From Curvularia clavata (taxonomy: Eukaryota): a DNA stretch of 64,000 nt. Of the stretch, positions 13,120 to 27,376 are shown one piece after another. The stretch lies in assembly GCA_023920165.1 (NCBI GenBank), contig CP089275.1, forward strand, positions 3,348,001-3,412,000, read 5' to 3'. The translations under genes and the position numbers were made by a program. How positions within the stretch are numbered: the first letter of the stretch is position 1; each line of letters starts with the position of its first letter. Under the pieces are notes generated by a model. That model had not been told where the DNA came from. It ran no database searches and was given only the letters and a program-made list of their open reading frames with translations.

Positions 13120-16100
13120 TTACCGCTTGGACTTCTTCTTGGCAGCAACGACCTTGAAGTTCGTGGAGTCCAGAGGCTGCTGCTGTTGCTGCTGCTGCGC
13201 GACGTTGGCGCCACCCTTCTTGGCGACTTCAGACCAGCCACTGCTTGCAGCCTTGTTCTCGGCGGGAGATGACGTATTACGCTCATCAATGATACCCTTG
13301 TCGGCTAGCTTACGGCGACGGAGGAACTCTTCGGCAAAATGACGAGAGTCGAGCGTGCTAGAGGCGGAGTGAACAGACTCTGTAATCAACTCTGCATCAG
13401 CAGGGAAGCTGAGAAGGGATGAGACAAAATCCTCAGCTGTGCAAATGTTAGCAAATGTACTTCTATACAAAAAGATGCAGGCCAGACATACCATTGATGT
13501 TCTTGTTGAGGTCGTGTCGGAGCTCATTGACGGCCCACTTTCGGAACTCTTCCTCAGCGTTGGGCTTTCCAGATGGGGCTCCCACAGTAGTACTACGAGC
13601 GACAGTAGGTTTCTTAGCAAGAGAAGGCACAATGGTAGAACTGGCTGAGCGAACGGTGCCAGGAACAGGTGTTGTCGTGCCACCTGGAGTCTTGACCTTG
13701 CCACTTGCGCCCACCGTGGTCCATGAGCTGCTGCCAGGAGGCCCGGCAGGCCCAGTGGCAAGCGTTGGGGTGCTCTTGCCTGCCAGGTCAGCATATCGCT
13801 TGCCAGCAGACGGCGGTGGAGCAGGTGATCCGAATCCACTGGATGCAGCCGCACTCTGAGCAGCAGCGGCAGCAGCAGCACGTTGCTTTCGAGCTTCCTC
13901 CTCCTTCTGGATCTGTTGGAGCGTCTTCTTTGAACTTGGAGTTGGCTGTGCAGCAACCTTGTTTGCAGTAGGCTTGGTCCACACCGAAGTGTTGGCACTA
14001 GGTGTGACTGGAGAAGCACCGCTGGCCCAAGTCGAGCTGGAGGGCAAACCAGGCTGTACTGCGGGTGACTGGGTTTGAGCTTGAAGTTCTTTCTCGAATG
14101 CTTCACGACGAGCTGCAGCTGCAACAGCTTCCCGCTCTGCTGCTTTCTTCGCCTCCATCTCTTGGATTTCCCTGAGAGAGGGCCCATGGGTCGCGTTGAC
14201 AGGCTCCTTTGCCCATGGTGCGATGGAGATACTGGGAGTGTCTGCGGCTGGGGTTGCTGCGCCTGAACGAGATTCCGCATTGAGGTTCTCTGCAACGATT
14301 GGCTTCCTCTGGGCAGCAGGCGCAGGGAGAGGTGATTGAGACGGCGGTGGTGGGAATGGGAAAATTGCGGGCTCAACCTTGTTCCACGCGGTCGGAGGCT
14401 GAGGTGATTGTTTCGCAGAAGCAGCTTTCTGCACCTGCTCAGTGAGCGATAGTGGCTCTTGAGTGCTTGAGGACGGCTCCTCCTTGTTCTCAGATTGGCT
14501 CTCTTGGCCCTCTGCGCGCTCGGGTGATGTGGGCTCCGACGCTTGCTGCGACTGCTGAGCCGATGAAGATGAGGGCTTTCCGATAACACCCTCTGGTGGA
14601 GGGGCTGCCTTTGACTGTTCCATGTCCGTCTGGACTCGCAATTCATTGAACTCGGCAAAGCGCTCGGCGAAATTACGAGCAGCCTGGGCATCTTCAGCAC
14701 TACCTTGGCGGATCATAGCGTCATGCTCAGCTTGCTCGCGCTTCAGGCGAGCCCGGTCGCCAATCACTGAAGCTACATATTGGGCATGTGCATCGGCGTC
14801 CTGCTGTTGTCCACCGAAGCCAAACTGCGGCTGGTTGTTACGTCCCAGATTAAGACGCTCCATCATAGCAGGCACGTCTTGGTCTCTACGATTGTTCATC
14901 ATGTCCATGCCGGGACCAATGGGACCTAGGCCAGGTACAGGGCCAGGTCCAGACCTGAAGGTACTATCTATGAGCCCAGGCACAGGAGCTCCTGGCGCAG
15001 CTCCTTGAGGAGGTGATGGCTGATATCCACCAGGTGATGTTATGCTGCCGAAGCTTGGTTGGCTGTGTAGGCTGTGTGCACTGGAATGGTGGTTGAGCTG
15101 GTTTGGTAGCACACCCATCTGAACTTGACGGGCAAGGGCCTGTTGCTGCGCAGCTAGGTGTTCCTTTTGACGAGCCATAAGATACTGCTCTTCCTGCTTC
15201 CGGCGTTCAAGCGCATTCTGTTGCTCAGCAGTAAGAGTAGTGCCGAAGCTCGGGAAGCTGTTTGCAAATGGAGGCTGGGCTCCTGGAGCAGCAGCAGCGT
15301 TAGGACCGGCACCAGCCCAGGAGTTGCCTGGCTGAGTTGTAGCAGGACCATGAGGAATGCCAATTTGAGGGACCAAGAAAGGTTCACGAGAGTTGCCGAT
15401 ACGACGGATGAGTTGCGCCAGAGGTTCGTAGTCAGGTTCTTCTGCCTTCTTAACCAGCAGCTCGGGCGAGAAGAATCCAGCCTTGTACCAATCATGCATC
15501 TCGAGACCCGAGAATGGGCCCTGAACATTGCCTGATGGGTCACGATAGATCCACCGCATTCGATCCGGCATGACCATCATGCGCTGCTGCGGCACTGGAG
15601 GCTGACTAGAAGCCGGGCTTCCAACGCCTGGGGTCGAGGGTTGCGCAGTCCTGGTGGGGTTCAACGCAGCCATGGAAAGAGAGGTAGTAGCTATATTCTG
15701 AGGTTGTCCCGTTGAGCTGTGGTCATCATGGTGGGCGTTAGAAAAGTCGTCGAAAAGATTGCGATTGGCGCGGAAGGGACTGTCGGTGTCACGAGTGGGC
15801 ACCTGACCACCAAAGGCGTTTCTTCCAAATGTGCCAGTCATGCTATGTTGGCGATCACCGTGCGAAGAGCCGTCATCAGCGGGTGCTCGATTCGGGTCAT
15901 TAGATCGCATTTGCTCTTGCATGGAAGCTGGGAACAGGGATCCGAGTCTACTGGAACGACCTACTGTTGTGCCATGGGCGTGACCAAACAGCGAGCTGTT
16001 GCCCAAGCCGGCCAGAGAAGGCGACTGGGCTTCACCTACGTTTCCGAAAGCACTTTCGAAACCCCCCAGGCCACCACGTTCGCGGGTTGGGGTACCCAAG

Positions 16101-18054
16101 GTGTGAGATGGCCAAGCCGAAGAGCCTCCCAGGCCAGGCAGACCACCACCAAGCCCAGGCAAGGTCGGAAAGCCTCGATTGGGACCAACGCTCGAGGTTT
16201 GGCTACGATCGCTTGCTGCAGTCTCGAATGGCACTGGCTTCCCAAGACCTCCCAGACCACCAAAGGCATTATGGATGCTTGAGTGGACCGACTGGTCAAT
16301 ATGGAAGCTGCTCATGCCAGGAAAATGGGCGTTTGGGTCGCCGGAGTCGTCCGAGTCGTCATGCTGGTCCCGTGCGTGGTGCGGGCTTTGATATGGATTG
16401 GTATCCGTTGGGCTCATGGGCTCGTTGCCAGCTCCACGAAGGGGCGACTGGTCAGCAAAATTATTCTTGCTATACATGTTATCCGCAGTCATTCCGAATG
16501 CAGATAATCCAGAGTCGTCACGGTGGTCTGGGCGGTGGGGCGTTGCAAAATTACCGAAGCCTTGAGGTCGGGGCGGACTAACATCTTCGCCGCGAAGCGC
16601 AGCACTGCCCGTCGGGTGGTCATGGTCGGGGAAAGGATCTGTGTCGCTGCTCATTGGCCGACTGGTGCGGGCCTCCATCCACGACGCATCAGTTTTTGAC
16701 GGCTCTGCCTCGCTAAGCTTACCCAAGTTGTTCGTGGAAGCTTTATCTTTCGGGCCGTTGCCAAAGTCCTCGACACTGGGTTTACCCATTAGCCCTTTGA
16801 AGCGACTTTCGCCGCGCAAACTCCCGTAGCCAGGCTTCTTATCAGCCTGTGGGTTGGCGAAGCTTCCGAATGCACCAAAACCACCGCCCGCTGTTGCAGA
16901 CCAAGGCGATGCACCAGCACCTGGACTGAATGGAGCCGTAGTACTGCGCTTCGCAGAGCTAAAGGGACCAGCATTCTCGCCGGTGCCCTTCTCCCGATCA
17001 CGGTCTTCACCCGGACGACCCTCTGCGGATTCCTTGTAATCCGTCCGACGACGTACCAGAGCAGGCGGCGGAGTGACAGCACTGCCTTCTTCTCGCGCGA
17101 ATCTTGAGGTGGCGGGGGACGAGGGGAACGGATAGGCTTCGCCTGTGTCGCGACGTCGAGCGCCCGGTCGCGAGGTAGTAGGCGAAGAGAGGCTATAGGG
17201 TGTGCCTGGCCCCTGTGATACAGACGACTTGCGCAGTGAAAGGCCTTCTTTGGGAGTGCCGTCTTTGTTGGTGTTTTGGGTGGGGGGTTTCAGCGGCGAG
17301 TTGACAGACGAAAGGAAGATCTAAGCGAGAGAGCGCACGTTAGCCTCGGTCACTACATGGTGCAATGGGGTTGAGGGCCTACCTCTCTCTCCTCGTCAGT
17401 CATGTCGTTGAGGCTCAGCGGCAATATGCTGCCGTCCTTGTCCCAACACTGGTCGACCCCGCTTGGCGCCTCCCTGCCACCACCATCATCTTTGCGGCCC
17501 CAGGACGCGCTCGAGGCTCCGTTGGTGGCATGAGGCTCCCATACACCCATGTACAAGTCTGACAGTCCATCGTTGAGATCCCCGGCCTGTTGCTGTATCC
17601 GGAACAGCTGCGTCAGTTGATCTCGTGAATACCGGCCCTCGAACGAACTACCGTTGCGACCAGGCTGTGCATGCGGAGGGACATAGACACCGGCATTCGT
17701 TGATGGGTTCTGTGGCGCAGGAGCGTCTCGTGAGACTTGTTGGCTTGTTGAGCCAGAAAGGCTGGTCGCGTGTGAGGGTCGGCGGAATGTTTGCGTGGCA
17801 CCGTTGGTGCGTCGGGCCCTGTGGTCGGCGTGAGTACAAGGCCAATTAAGAGGCGGCATAGTGCAGGGCGAGGACGGGGTGCAAAATTTGTAGCGCCTCG
17901 AAGTCACGGTGCACCGCGCCCAGGGCTAGGAATGATGTATATGCATAAGATGCAAACGAGAACAAGGGCCGACTTACCAGTCGCTGCCCGCTTCTGCGCG
18001 CGTTGAATTGGCAGTGTTCCCCGCAGCTGCCGAAGCAAAAGAAGTAGGAGCCAT
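13120..18054 (-). CDS. GYF-domain protein (Smy2/Syh1/GIGYF-like), multi-exon
   Basis: GYF signature WIYRDPSGNVQGPFSGLEMHDWYKAGFF; N-terminal RYSRDQL motif; C-terminal FAEEFLRRRK. Starts MAPTSFASAA at 18054 with a GTAAGT donor at 17977. Confidence 0.9.
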
Positions 18055-20752
18055 TGTATGGTGGTCAAGACGTGGAGAGGAAGCGTCTATGGAGTCGAGT
18101 TGGGGGCGTGGAGTCGGAGCCAGAAGATTTAGTGTGGGGATGATGCAGGCGACTTGTTGGAGAGCAGGTGCAGTCGAAGCGATGACAGGTGAGCGGCGGT
18201 TCTGATGCGAGGCGAGAAGACGGTATGGAATGGCACGGGTTGTCGTGGCACGGGTTCGGCGTGGGGTGGAGGGGATGCAGTCGTATTGCGGCGACAAAAG
18301 AAGAGCTGTAACGGTTCGGCGAACATTTGAGGTTGGCGGCAGCCGAGAGGAGCGCACGTGACTGCGCCAGTGGGGACAGTGATGTTTTCTGCCTCTCCCC
18401 GCCACTCAACGCGTCAACGCGTCGCGCCACGTCCATTTTTTCTTGCTGCTGGTGCTCGTCATGCAACCAGTCGTCGCTGCTCCCTTGCTGGGCCATGCAT
18501 GTCCTACACGGAAAGCACGCCCGGGCACGCCTTCCCCGTGATATTGCTGTGCAAGGGCGGGCACAATTAACCTTTTGAGCCCCTCCTCGCCTCTGGCCCT
18601 TTATCCAACCCCGCCACTCCCATTCCCTCACTCAACCACCACCTCAAAGGCATTGTGTTTGCTTCTTTCTGTACATACTACGTTTGCTCTGAACTTTCTG
18701 CCACAGCTGAGCGTGCTACCAATGATGGAACCCCTATCCCCTGCCTGTTGACAGTCCTGTTCATTGCCACTGGCTAATGCCACAACTCTCGCCGCCTTCC
18801 AAGATACCTGAGTATGGGGTGCCATATCTGTTTTGTCTGCAGGATATATAGCCACCTTGTCCTGTAGACTTTGGACATCCTGTATGTGGCCCAGAACGAG
18901 CTAAACAGTACCCAGTTTTGATCGGCTTGCCACTAGCTTCAGTAAGCACTCTTTGCTGCTAGTGTAGGCTATGTCAGATGTTTGCATGACCGACAAGAGA
19001 TGTTGGCCGCATCCGCATAGGAGCAGCATGTTTGTGTGACCGACTGCCATGCTACTGACGTTTTGGCCCGCGAATTTAATGGCGTCACACAGTATCAGGT
19101 ATTCCTCCCGGTTTACAAGGCACATGTCATGTCATGCTCTTATACTATCGTCACTCGACTATGGAGCATAAGCATGGCCACTCTGGCGAAGTGAAGACGA
19201 CTGTGTTTGTTGCTGATGCGAACGAGACACAAGGCGGCTACGCCATCGCACCAGTGTTGTTCCACAAGTCTATCATTAGATTGTCAATCACGGAGGGGTA
19301 TCTCCCCAGGGTTTAGCAAGGCTTAAAGACGAACGAAGCTGGCCCGCTACCAAGCCCCCGTCCTCTATACAACGCATGGCGAACGCACGTCCCTGCTTGC
19401 TCGTTTCTCTCAGCTTCATTAGTTGTATGGATGAGTATCGCGCCTTCCAGCCAACAAAGAGTTTCTTCTGGTCACAGTTCGGCGACTGGGTCACTCGTCT
19501 CTCCCAACAACGACGAAGTTTCGTTTCAATAGGCCGGCAGTGCCCATGGAACAACGAACTTTGAAACTCGTGATGCACTTGGGCTGATTGTATTTTAGCC
19601 AAGCTAGGAAATTCCCAACGTTAGGAGAACCAAAGGGTTGTACACTGATAAAGCTAAGAGCAGCCCTGGTACCTGGCTCTGACTGTACAATTGTGTCGGT
19701 AATAGTTAACCTTCTATCCTGCGTCGAAGAGCGCTGAGACTCAACCAGCTCGTCTCGGAACGGACCACATAATTCATCGCACCCGCTATGTGCTTCCTTT
19801 TCCATTATACCTATCATTGCCACCCATCTGCTTCTGAGACCCTCTTCCTGCGCTGCCACGCATCCCTCTTACAACGCAGGGAGTCCCGATCTGTCTTGGC
19901 ACAATCTTCGATTTCTGAATTGTGTCCGAGGCTAGAGGAAAAAAATATCTCTTCACCATACTGCATCAAGTGCTTGGCAAGACAAAGCGGACGTGGACTG
20001 GTCTTGCAGGAGAATGAAGAAGAAAACACCCACTAAACCTAGCGCTGCAAGATGTCCTTGAGCCCGGTTGACTGTGAAGAATGGTGCTAGATCATGCATC
20101 GCTACAGGGTGCTTTGTGCGAGTTTAGGCAAGGCTTCGAGCAGCCCTGACTCAGCCTCCAGTAACAGTAAGCAACGCTAAATCGCTTTCAAAACACAGTG
20201 TCCATCATACACCTCCTTCAGCTAAACTGTCTTGGAGTTCATGCATAATTTGATGAAGCTGACCTGAGCATAGCCTAGATACGTCTAAGCTCAGTATGTA
20301 TGTCAGCCCGCATACACAAGCTTCGGCGCTTAACCAACCAAGCTTTGCCATTGCGCCCGCAAACTACAAGCATCGAGAATCTCAGAGATAAACGTACAGA
20401 TTACGCCTTGACTAGTGTGGACAAGCTCTGGTTGATACTCGCCTGGCCGGCTAATTTCGTGGCGTTGTCTAGACCATTTAGCCATACAGAGCGCTTCTAG
20501 GGTTACACGAGGCCATTTGGTCTCGGAGTATCAGTACAAACATGGCAAGCGACAAGACATGTGTGCTACACTACTGTGGGATTCGTAAAAAAAGACAGAG
20601 AGTCTGGATTCTTGGCTTGTACAACTACCATGCACCATCTTACTGAGGCGTCCACAACCCCATGGGCATAGACCGCGGACAGTATTTGAAGGATATGAGG
20701 CCCCAGAAAGTAGCTGAGGTCTCAGTCAGGGAATCTCAGCGTCTTGATTGTC

Positions 20753-22469
20753 ATGGCAGAAAAGACGGTTCAGGACGCTTATGTTGTTCCCGTCTCGGGC
20801 GACACGTCCATTGACGATGTAGAACCACAGGGCTTTGATGCAGCAGCTACGAAGAAGCTACTTCGGAAGCTTGATTGGCATCTCATTCCTTTCATGTCGC
20901 TTATCTATCTGTGAGTCTAGTATTCTGGTAGCCATGTTCTATCATTTTCTCTCTTCTCATACATCCCTAGGCTCTGCTTCCTCGATCGCACCAACATTGG
21001 AAACGCGCGTCTAGATCACCTCGAACAAGATCTCAAGCTTCATGGTCTCCAGTACAATGACTGTCTTGCCGTTCTGTTTCCCTTTTACATCGCCGCAGAG
21101 ATCCCATCGAACATCATGATGAAGCGCACTCGGCCTTCTATTTGGCTCACATTCATCATGTTCTTCTGGTCATTGGCCATGATTCTGCAAGGCTTTGTTA
21201 AGAACTATTCTGGTCTCATGGCTACACGAACATTCCTCGGTGTCTTTGAAGGGGGACTTTTCCCAGGAGTGAATTATTACATCGCACAGTGGTAAGCAAC
21301 CAGTGAAGCTTTGGATTTGAAGCCCTAGGAAACCACTCTGACTTTACGCTAATCGCGTTAGGTATGTTCGTGACGAATGTGGTTTCCGAATGGCCCTCTT
21401 CTTCTCCGCAGCCACTCTCGCCGGCGCATTCGGCGGAATCCTCGCACGAGGCATTGCAGAGATGTCTGGCGTAGGCGGCAAAGCAGCTTGGGCTTGGATC
21501 TTCATACTCGAGGGGCTTTTGAGTATTCTCGTGTCTATGACAGCATATTGGTGTATCTATGATTACCCAGCCACGTAAGTATCTTCCTTAGAAACGACCT
21601 TATATTTACCCTACTAACCTTTCCAGCGCGCGCTTTCTAACCCCCAAGGAACGAACCGAAGTCCAACGGCGATTGAACGAAGACCACGGCCACCTGTCAA
21701 ATGACTTCGACATGAAGTATGTCTGGCAAGCCATCAAAGACTGGAAAATCTACATCTTCATGCTCATCTGCATGGCCGGCTTCTGCCCCATATATTCATT
21801 TGCCCTCTTCCTCCCTACCATTATTAAAAACATGGGCTACACGGCCAACGAAGCCCAACTCATGAGTGTCCCGCCGTACGTCTGTGCCTGTTTCTTCACC
21901 ATTGCCGCATCATGGTATGCCGACCGCGTCAAGAAACGCGGCGTGTTTCTAATGGGCTTCCAACTCATTGCTATCGCCGGTTTCGCCATGCTCGCTGCCA
22001 CTGGCGCCCCCAGTGTACAGTACGCAGGCACTGTCCTGGCTGCCATCGGAATTTACCCGCAGATCCCTCTCGGCATGGCCTGGAACAGCGGGAACATTGG
22101 AGGCAGCTTAAAGCGAGGTACCGGAATCGCAATGCAGGTCATGGGTGGCAATTGTGGTGGTATTATCGCGTCATATGTGTATGTTACGCGTGACGGGCCT
22201 CGCTTCATCACTGGGCACAGCATCTTGATTGGCTTTGTTAGGTGAGTTCTTCATTATTATCGTTTCTTAGCGCATTGGGCAAAGTGGCTAACGAGCGTTT
22301 TAGCATGGCTTTCTTCCTCACATTCTTCATGTCGACTTGGTTTAGTCGGGAGAATGCACGCCGTGACAAGCTCGCACTCGAGGTCGGCCACCAAGAATTT
22401 ACTGAGGAGCAGAAGGCGCTGGAGAGGGAGCTTGCGGACAATGTGCCTTGGTTCAGATATACTACGTAA
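20753..22469 (+). CDS. MFS transporter, anion:cation symporter (Dal5/Tna1-like) family, 5 exons
   Basis: KKLLRKLDWHLIPFMSLIYL, FLDRTNIGNARL, FEGGLFPGVNYYIAQWY, WIFILEG, NIGGSLKRGTG and a C-terminal FRYTT. Confidence 0.92.
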
Positions 22470-24256
22470 ACTGTTCCTATACAGGTTGTAAAGAGGAGCG
22501 AAAACTTGATTTACGATACCTAGTACTTGGCGCAAGAGCTACACAGGACAACACTGGCTCAGCTCGACATCCAGTTCTTCTTTTTCGCAGATAAACAACA
22601 ATATAAAGATACATGAATACTATCCAAGAAGTTTACATACGCTTTCCTATCCAACTATCTCAGCGATTGACCCACAAGGTCCAACACGTATTTTCCCATG
22701 CCCCTTTCCCCCCGCACTACAATCCCATCACATACATACGTAACCCCCGACCCACCTCCCCCAGTTTTTATTTTCCGTCTCACACGCACCTCACTGCGCC
22801 CTAGTCCCTAGTATATATTTCCCCAGTCCGATCTATGCAATCTGATTACAGAACTGCAAAAGGCCTGTACATACTTCAAAAGAAAGGTATGCTCATTAGG
22901 ATATTGGTGGTCCCTTATGAAACAGCTTACCTGGTACCGTGAATCACCTGAATGCATCATACTGACGTCTTTGAGTCGATGCATTTTCTGGGAGATGCGG
23001 GCGTTCTGCATTGATAAAACATGGTTGTTACGATGCACGAAAGCCGTCATCATCATCGTGTTCGTCCGGAAATTGTAGTCGACGGCGCTCCGGACCTTGC
23101 TGGATACGTATTGTCTACTTTATTGGATCGGTGTTTGTTCAGCACCAGGGCTAACTCGTTTCAAGCATTATAGTAACGATTTTTAGATACCGAATTCTCA
23201 CTGACATATTTGGGATTGCACTAGGCTCGTCCGTATCGTCGTAAAAATATTATTGAGTGGCTGAACCGCAGCAGATTAGTACAAATTTCGTCCGAAAGCC
23301 GAAACACGTTGCAGGATGAGCATCGTGGCTGAAGTACAAGCAAGACGGGTATGAGGGTGAGCGCTGGGAAGCTTCATTTTATCCGCATCATGTGTAACTT
23401 GTTTTGGGATAACAGTGTGAAACCGAGCAGAACTGTGTCTTGGCTGGTCGCTGCCGTCTGACGGATGCAAAGTTTGCTCCCAATACAGTGTAGAGTAAGC
23501 CTGCCCAACGGCGGCGCAAAATGCAGTCAGATTTCGAATTGCTTCCAGGTACGATAGGCTGATGATGACGCGCCTGATTATCCACAATTTCCAACGGCCG
23601 TATAGCGATCAGCGGCGCAATCCAAATATAAACAACCATCCAATCTGACAAGGGACGGCCTGCACCGCCTCGAGCCGGACACGATAGAGCCCCGCCGATG
23701 CCCCCGCCACGCTCGCGCAGGACGCCAAGATGTCCGCAACGGCGTCTGCTCTCGGATACAGAGAGAAAAAAAGCTCCATACTGTGATCAAATCTCCGTAG
23801 CAGCCGCAATGCAAGTGATGGACGGCGGCACACAGGGCGTGATAGGTCTTGGGCTCGCGGCTGCAAGCGCTGATCTCCCGCGCCAGTGTCTCAGCTAACA
23901 ACGTTTCGGCGCGTCGCCATTGGCCCAGGCGTCGATTACGCGGATGTGGCTATGCCGGTTTCATGCCCGAGCCCTTGATACATGATCCTTCTCCCCTATC
24001 CTCCAGCGCGCGCCACATCCACCTCCACCACCACTGCTGCCGCTGCTGCTGCGTCCTATACAGGTCTCCCTCCCCCCTCCGCCCTAAGGATTGCTATTGC
24101 CGGATTTCTTCTTCCTCGACAACATCGGTGCTGCCCACCTCTCCCCCGTGTGCGCCCCAAGCCTGGACTGGATTCCTAACGCAGCCCTCCCGCTGGCCCC
24201 CTTGACTCGCCAAAAATTCCCGCCAGACAGGGTGGCCGCCAGACGCAGCGCCCGCA

Positions 24257-25436
24257 ATGTGGTTCCGCAAGAAGGAAAGCGACATTGAGATGTCGGGCAT
24301 GATGGATCCTTCGCAAACAAAGAAGAAGACCAAGATGCCTTCAGGCCCCCCCGAAGAGACAGAGTACCAAAAGTTCGACTGGAAACGCTTCTTCCTGGCC
24401 CCAAAGTACATACGTAAGTCCAAGTCCAAGTCGTCTCGTCGCCCGCTTCATGCTGACTCGGAAATTAGCATGGCACATTCTCTTTATTATCATCGGCATC
24501 ATTACAGTCATCATCACTATCAAGCACGACCAAGTCGTCGAGGCAAGTTGCTCACCGCATTTCCATCTTGTGTGGAGTCGTTCACGTGACTAACCAATGT
24601 ACAGAAACTACGACCATGGTCGGAAAAGGTACGCGACCTACCAGCCGGATGGTTAATACCCATCGTTATCTTGGTCATCATTTCATTCCCGCCACTTTTT
24701 GGCCATGAGATTATTGCGCTGCTGTGCGGTGTCGTCTATGGACTGTGGATCGGCTTTGCCATTGTCGCAGCGGGCACCTTTATTGGTGAAGGTAAGACTC
24801 TTCAACCGCTCCTGGCTCAACTTCCCATAGCTAATCATCGCAGTCGGTACATGGTACGCGTTCAAATATGCGTTCCGGAAAAAGGCCATCAAACTGGAGC
24901 GCACAAATCTAAACTACGGCGCCATGGCCCGTCTGACACGCGACGGCGGCTTCTTCATTGTCCTAGTCATCCGTCTCTCCGCCATCCCAGCGCATTTCTC
25001 CACGGCCGTCTTTTCCACCTGCGACGTCAAGTTCTGGCATTTCGTCGTCGCCACGTTCTTTTCGCTCCCAAAGCAAATTTTCCTCGTCTACCTGGGTGTT
25101 CTGCTGCTCCAGCAGAGCAACGACGACGTCATTAAGACGGTCATGTTTACCGCGGTTTTCATCATCACTGTTGCTATGGGCATTTGGATCTACCTCAAGA
25201 TGCGCACCATCAAGAAGGTGCTATTGGAAGAGCAGGAAATGAGGAGGGTCAAAAAGGCCGAGGCTGTTGAGCTGGTGCCCAGTGCTGAGAGCTCGTATCA
25301 GAGAAGGTACGACGAGGAGCCATCAGAGTGGGCCCCAATGCAGCCAACGCAGGTCAGCAGACCGTTGGAAAGGAGATATGACGACGATCAGGGAGAGTGG
25401 GCGATGCAGCCAACACAGCCAACGAGAATGGTTTGA
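24257..25436 (+). CDS. SNARE-associated (VTT/DedA, Tvp38-like) membrane protein, 4 exons
   Basis: ISFPPLFGHEIIALLCGVVYGLWIGF and VIRLSAIPAHFSTAVFSTC. One intron uses a GC donor at 24543. Confidence 0.85.
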
Positions 25437-27376
25437 AACCCAGACAAAGAAATTCTCATTCGTGTACCAACTAACTAGTAGGATTTTTAAAGTATTGGTA
25501 ATGGCATAATGACGTTATGACTTTTTGTTCAATTAGAACGTATCACTCTGACAAACAATTCCTCACGCAACCACTGCATGTGAAGTGCGTATACCAACAA
25601 AAAATGGTCCACGCATGTGTCAACAAACGGGTTCAACAAAACCAAAGTCAACAAGGGAAAAAAGGAAAAAAAGGGTCAACAAGCAGCAAACCGCTACGCA
25701 CGAACCCTCCCTCCCTACAGAGACTCTCCCCACTGGCCCCGCTGTTTCTTTTCCCAGACCCACTCAAAATCAAAACATCCACACCTAACGAACTATTTTC
25801 CCAGTTCCCCCCTCTTCTCCGCTTTTACTCCGCGCGTCCTTTCCTCTTCCCCTCACCGTTTCTAAACCACATACGCATAATGGTCGTCACCCGGTGAAAC
25901 GTGTTGGGTCAGAGGAGAAAATTCCCTGGTCCTAGTAGAAGGGGACTCTAGGCCTTTTTCTTCGTCGTTTCGAATGAAAGAGGTATTTGTCACAGATGAC
26001 GTGGGGAATTCCAGGCAGTCAGGCATGCAAGGTACCGGACTGCATCGGGGGGTTGGGAATGCTTGTTTTTACGGAACAGGATTGGGATACTGGCGATGTA
26101 CAATGGCTTGCGAACGGTCAATACAGTTGGTCTGCTGAAGAAATCTAAGAGATTCAGCGATGGTAGTGGATGCTTTAGCGAGTAAGGTCATTGTACCAAT
26201 TTATAGAAACATAAAAGTTGATGTTTGGAATGGAACGTTTCGTAACATCGAGTAGTTATATAAGTTGGGATACATACAAACGTAACAAATATTTTTCCAC
26301 TTTCTTCCACGTGCCCAAATCCACTCGGTAGCTCAAGAAGGAATCGTCAAATTACATACACAATAAGCAGTCTCGGATGTAATGATACTAAACAGTGATC
26401 CATCTCACACTCTTTTTCCAAGATCCCGCCAAAACACTAAACAGTGTATAGAATTCTTCCACACTAACACGCGTAGCCGTTCCCTGCTAGTAATACAAGA
26501 AAACATGCTAGTCTTTTGTACACGGAAATCCGAGTTCACATGCTATCTTTGAAACACCACATTGTCAAAAGCCCACTTTCCATTATCATCTAGACGTCAT
26601 GCAATAACCCTTACTACACTATAACAAATTCAGCCCGCTCCTTAATCTCAGCACCGCCATCGTATCTAGGTCCCGCAGTTTGAAGCATATCTTTGTTAGC
26701 GAGAGCACGCTGGTTGACGAGGCAATGCACATTTTCCCAGTACACTCACTTCTCGCTCTTTCCCTGTCTTGTTCTTCTCCAAAACTAAGCAGTCCTATAT
26801 AAACCCCTCAAACCCTTCAAACACGCTGAAGTAACCTCCTTTCACAGTCCTGCACCAGCCGAACACATTTACCCATTGGAAAGCAGATTGCGTGTATACT
26901 ATAATGCAAATTTCGGGTGCTTCCACAATACTCGTGCTGACCTTCTGAGAGACTTTTGACTGGCGAGGTGACTTCTTTCATGCATATGAAAGAAGGCGAC
27001 ATTGGGGGTGAGCTGTAAAATAAAGTGGCTCAGGTTTCCAGACATCTTTTAAAGAAATCTTGATAGAAATAAGGGTTGGGGTGAAGAGTGTTTCTGTGGG
27101 GGAGAAACAAAAAGGGGGGGGGGTTTGGAGGCGCGAGCAAGTGGGCAATTATACCGACGGCAGCTTGAAGTATTGGCTTTTACGAAGAGTAGCAGAGAAA
27201 GAGTTTACAGTGGGAAGTATGCTAGATTTGTACCTGTATATTTTCTCTTGAAGAGAAAAGGTAACAAGGAGACCACACTGTGGCACATACCTGATGGGAT
27301 GTTCAAGAGAATAAACGAACCATCCACTCATGATAGTTGTATCGCTTCCTGTTTTCTTGCAAATCGCTATATTACC

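Noticed and set aside
18700..20600. Several short ORFs that might be a decayed gene
   Set aside because: No recognisable motif, codon bias or coherent splice model.
22808..23056. Short minus-strand ORF with a plausible GTAAGC donor
   Set aside because: No recognisable product; it cannot be distinguished from chance or a lncRNA without transcript data.
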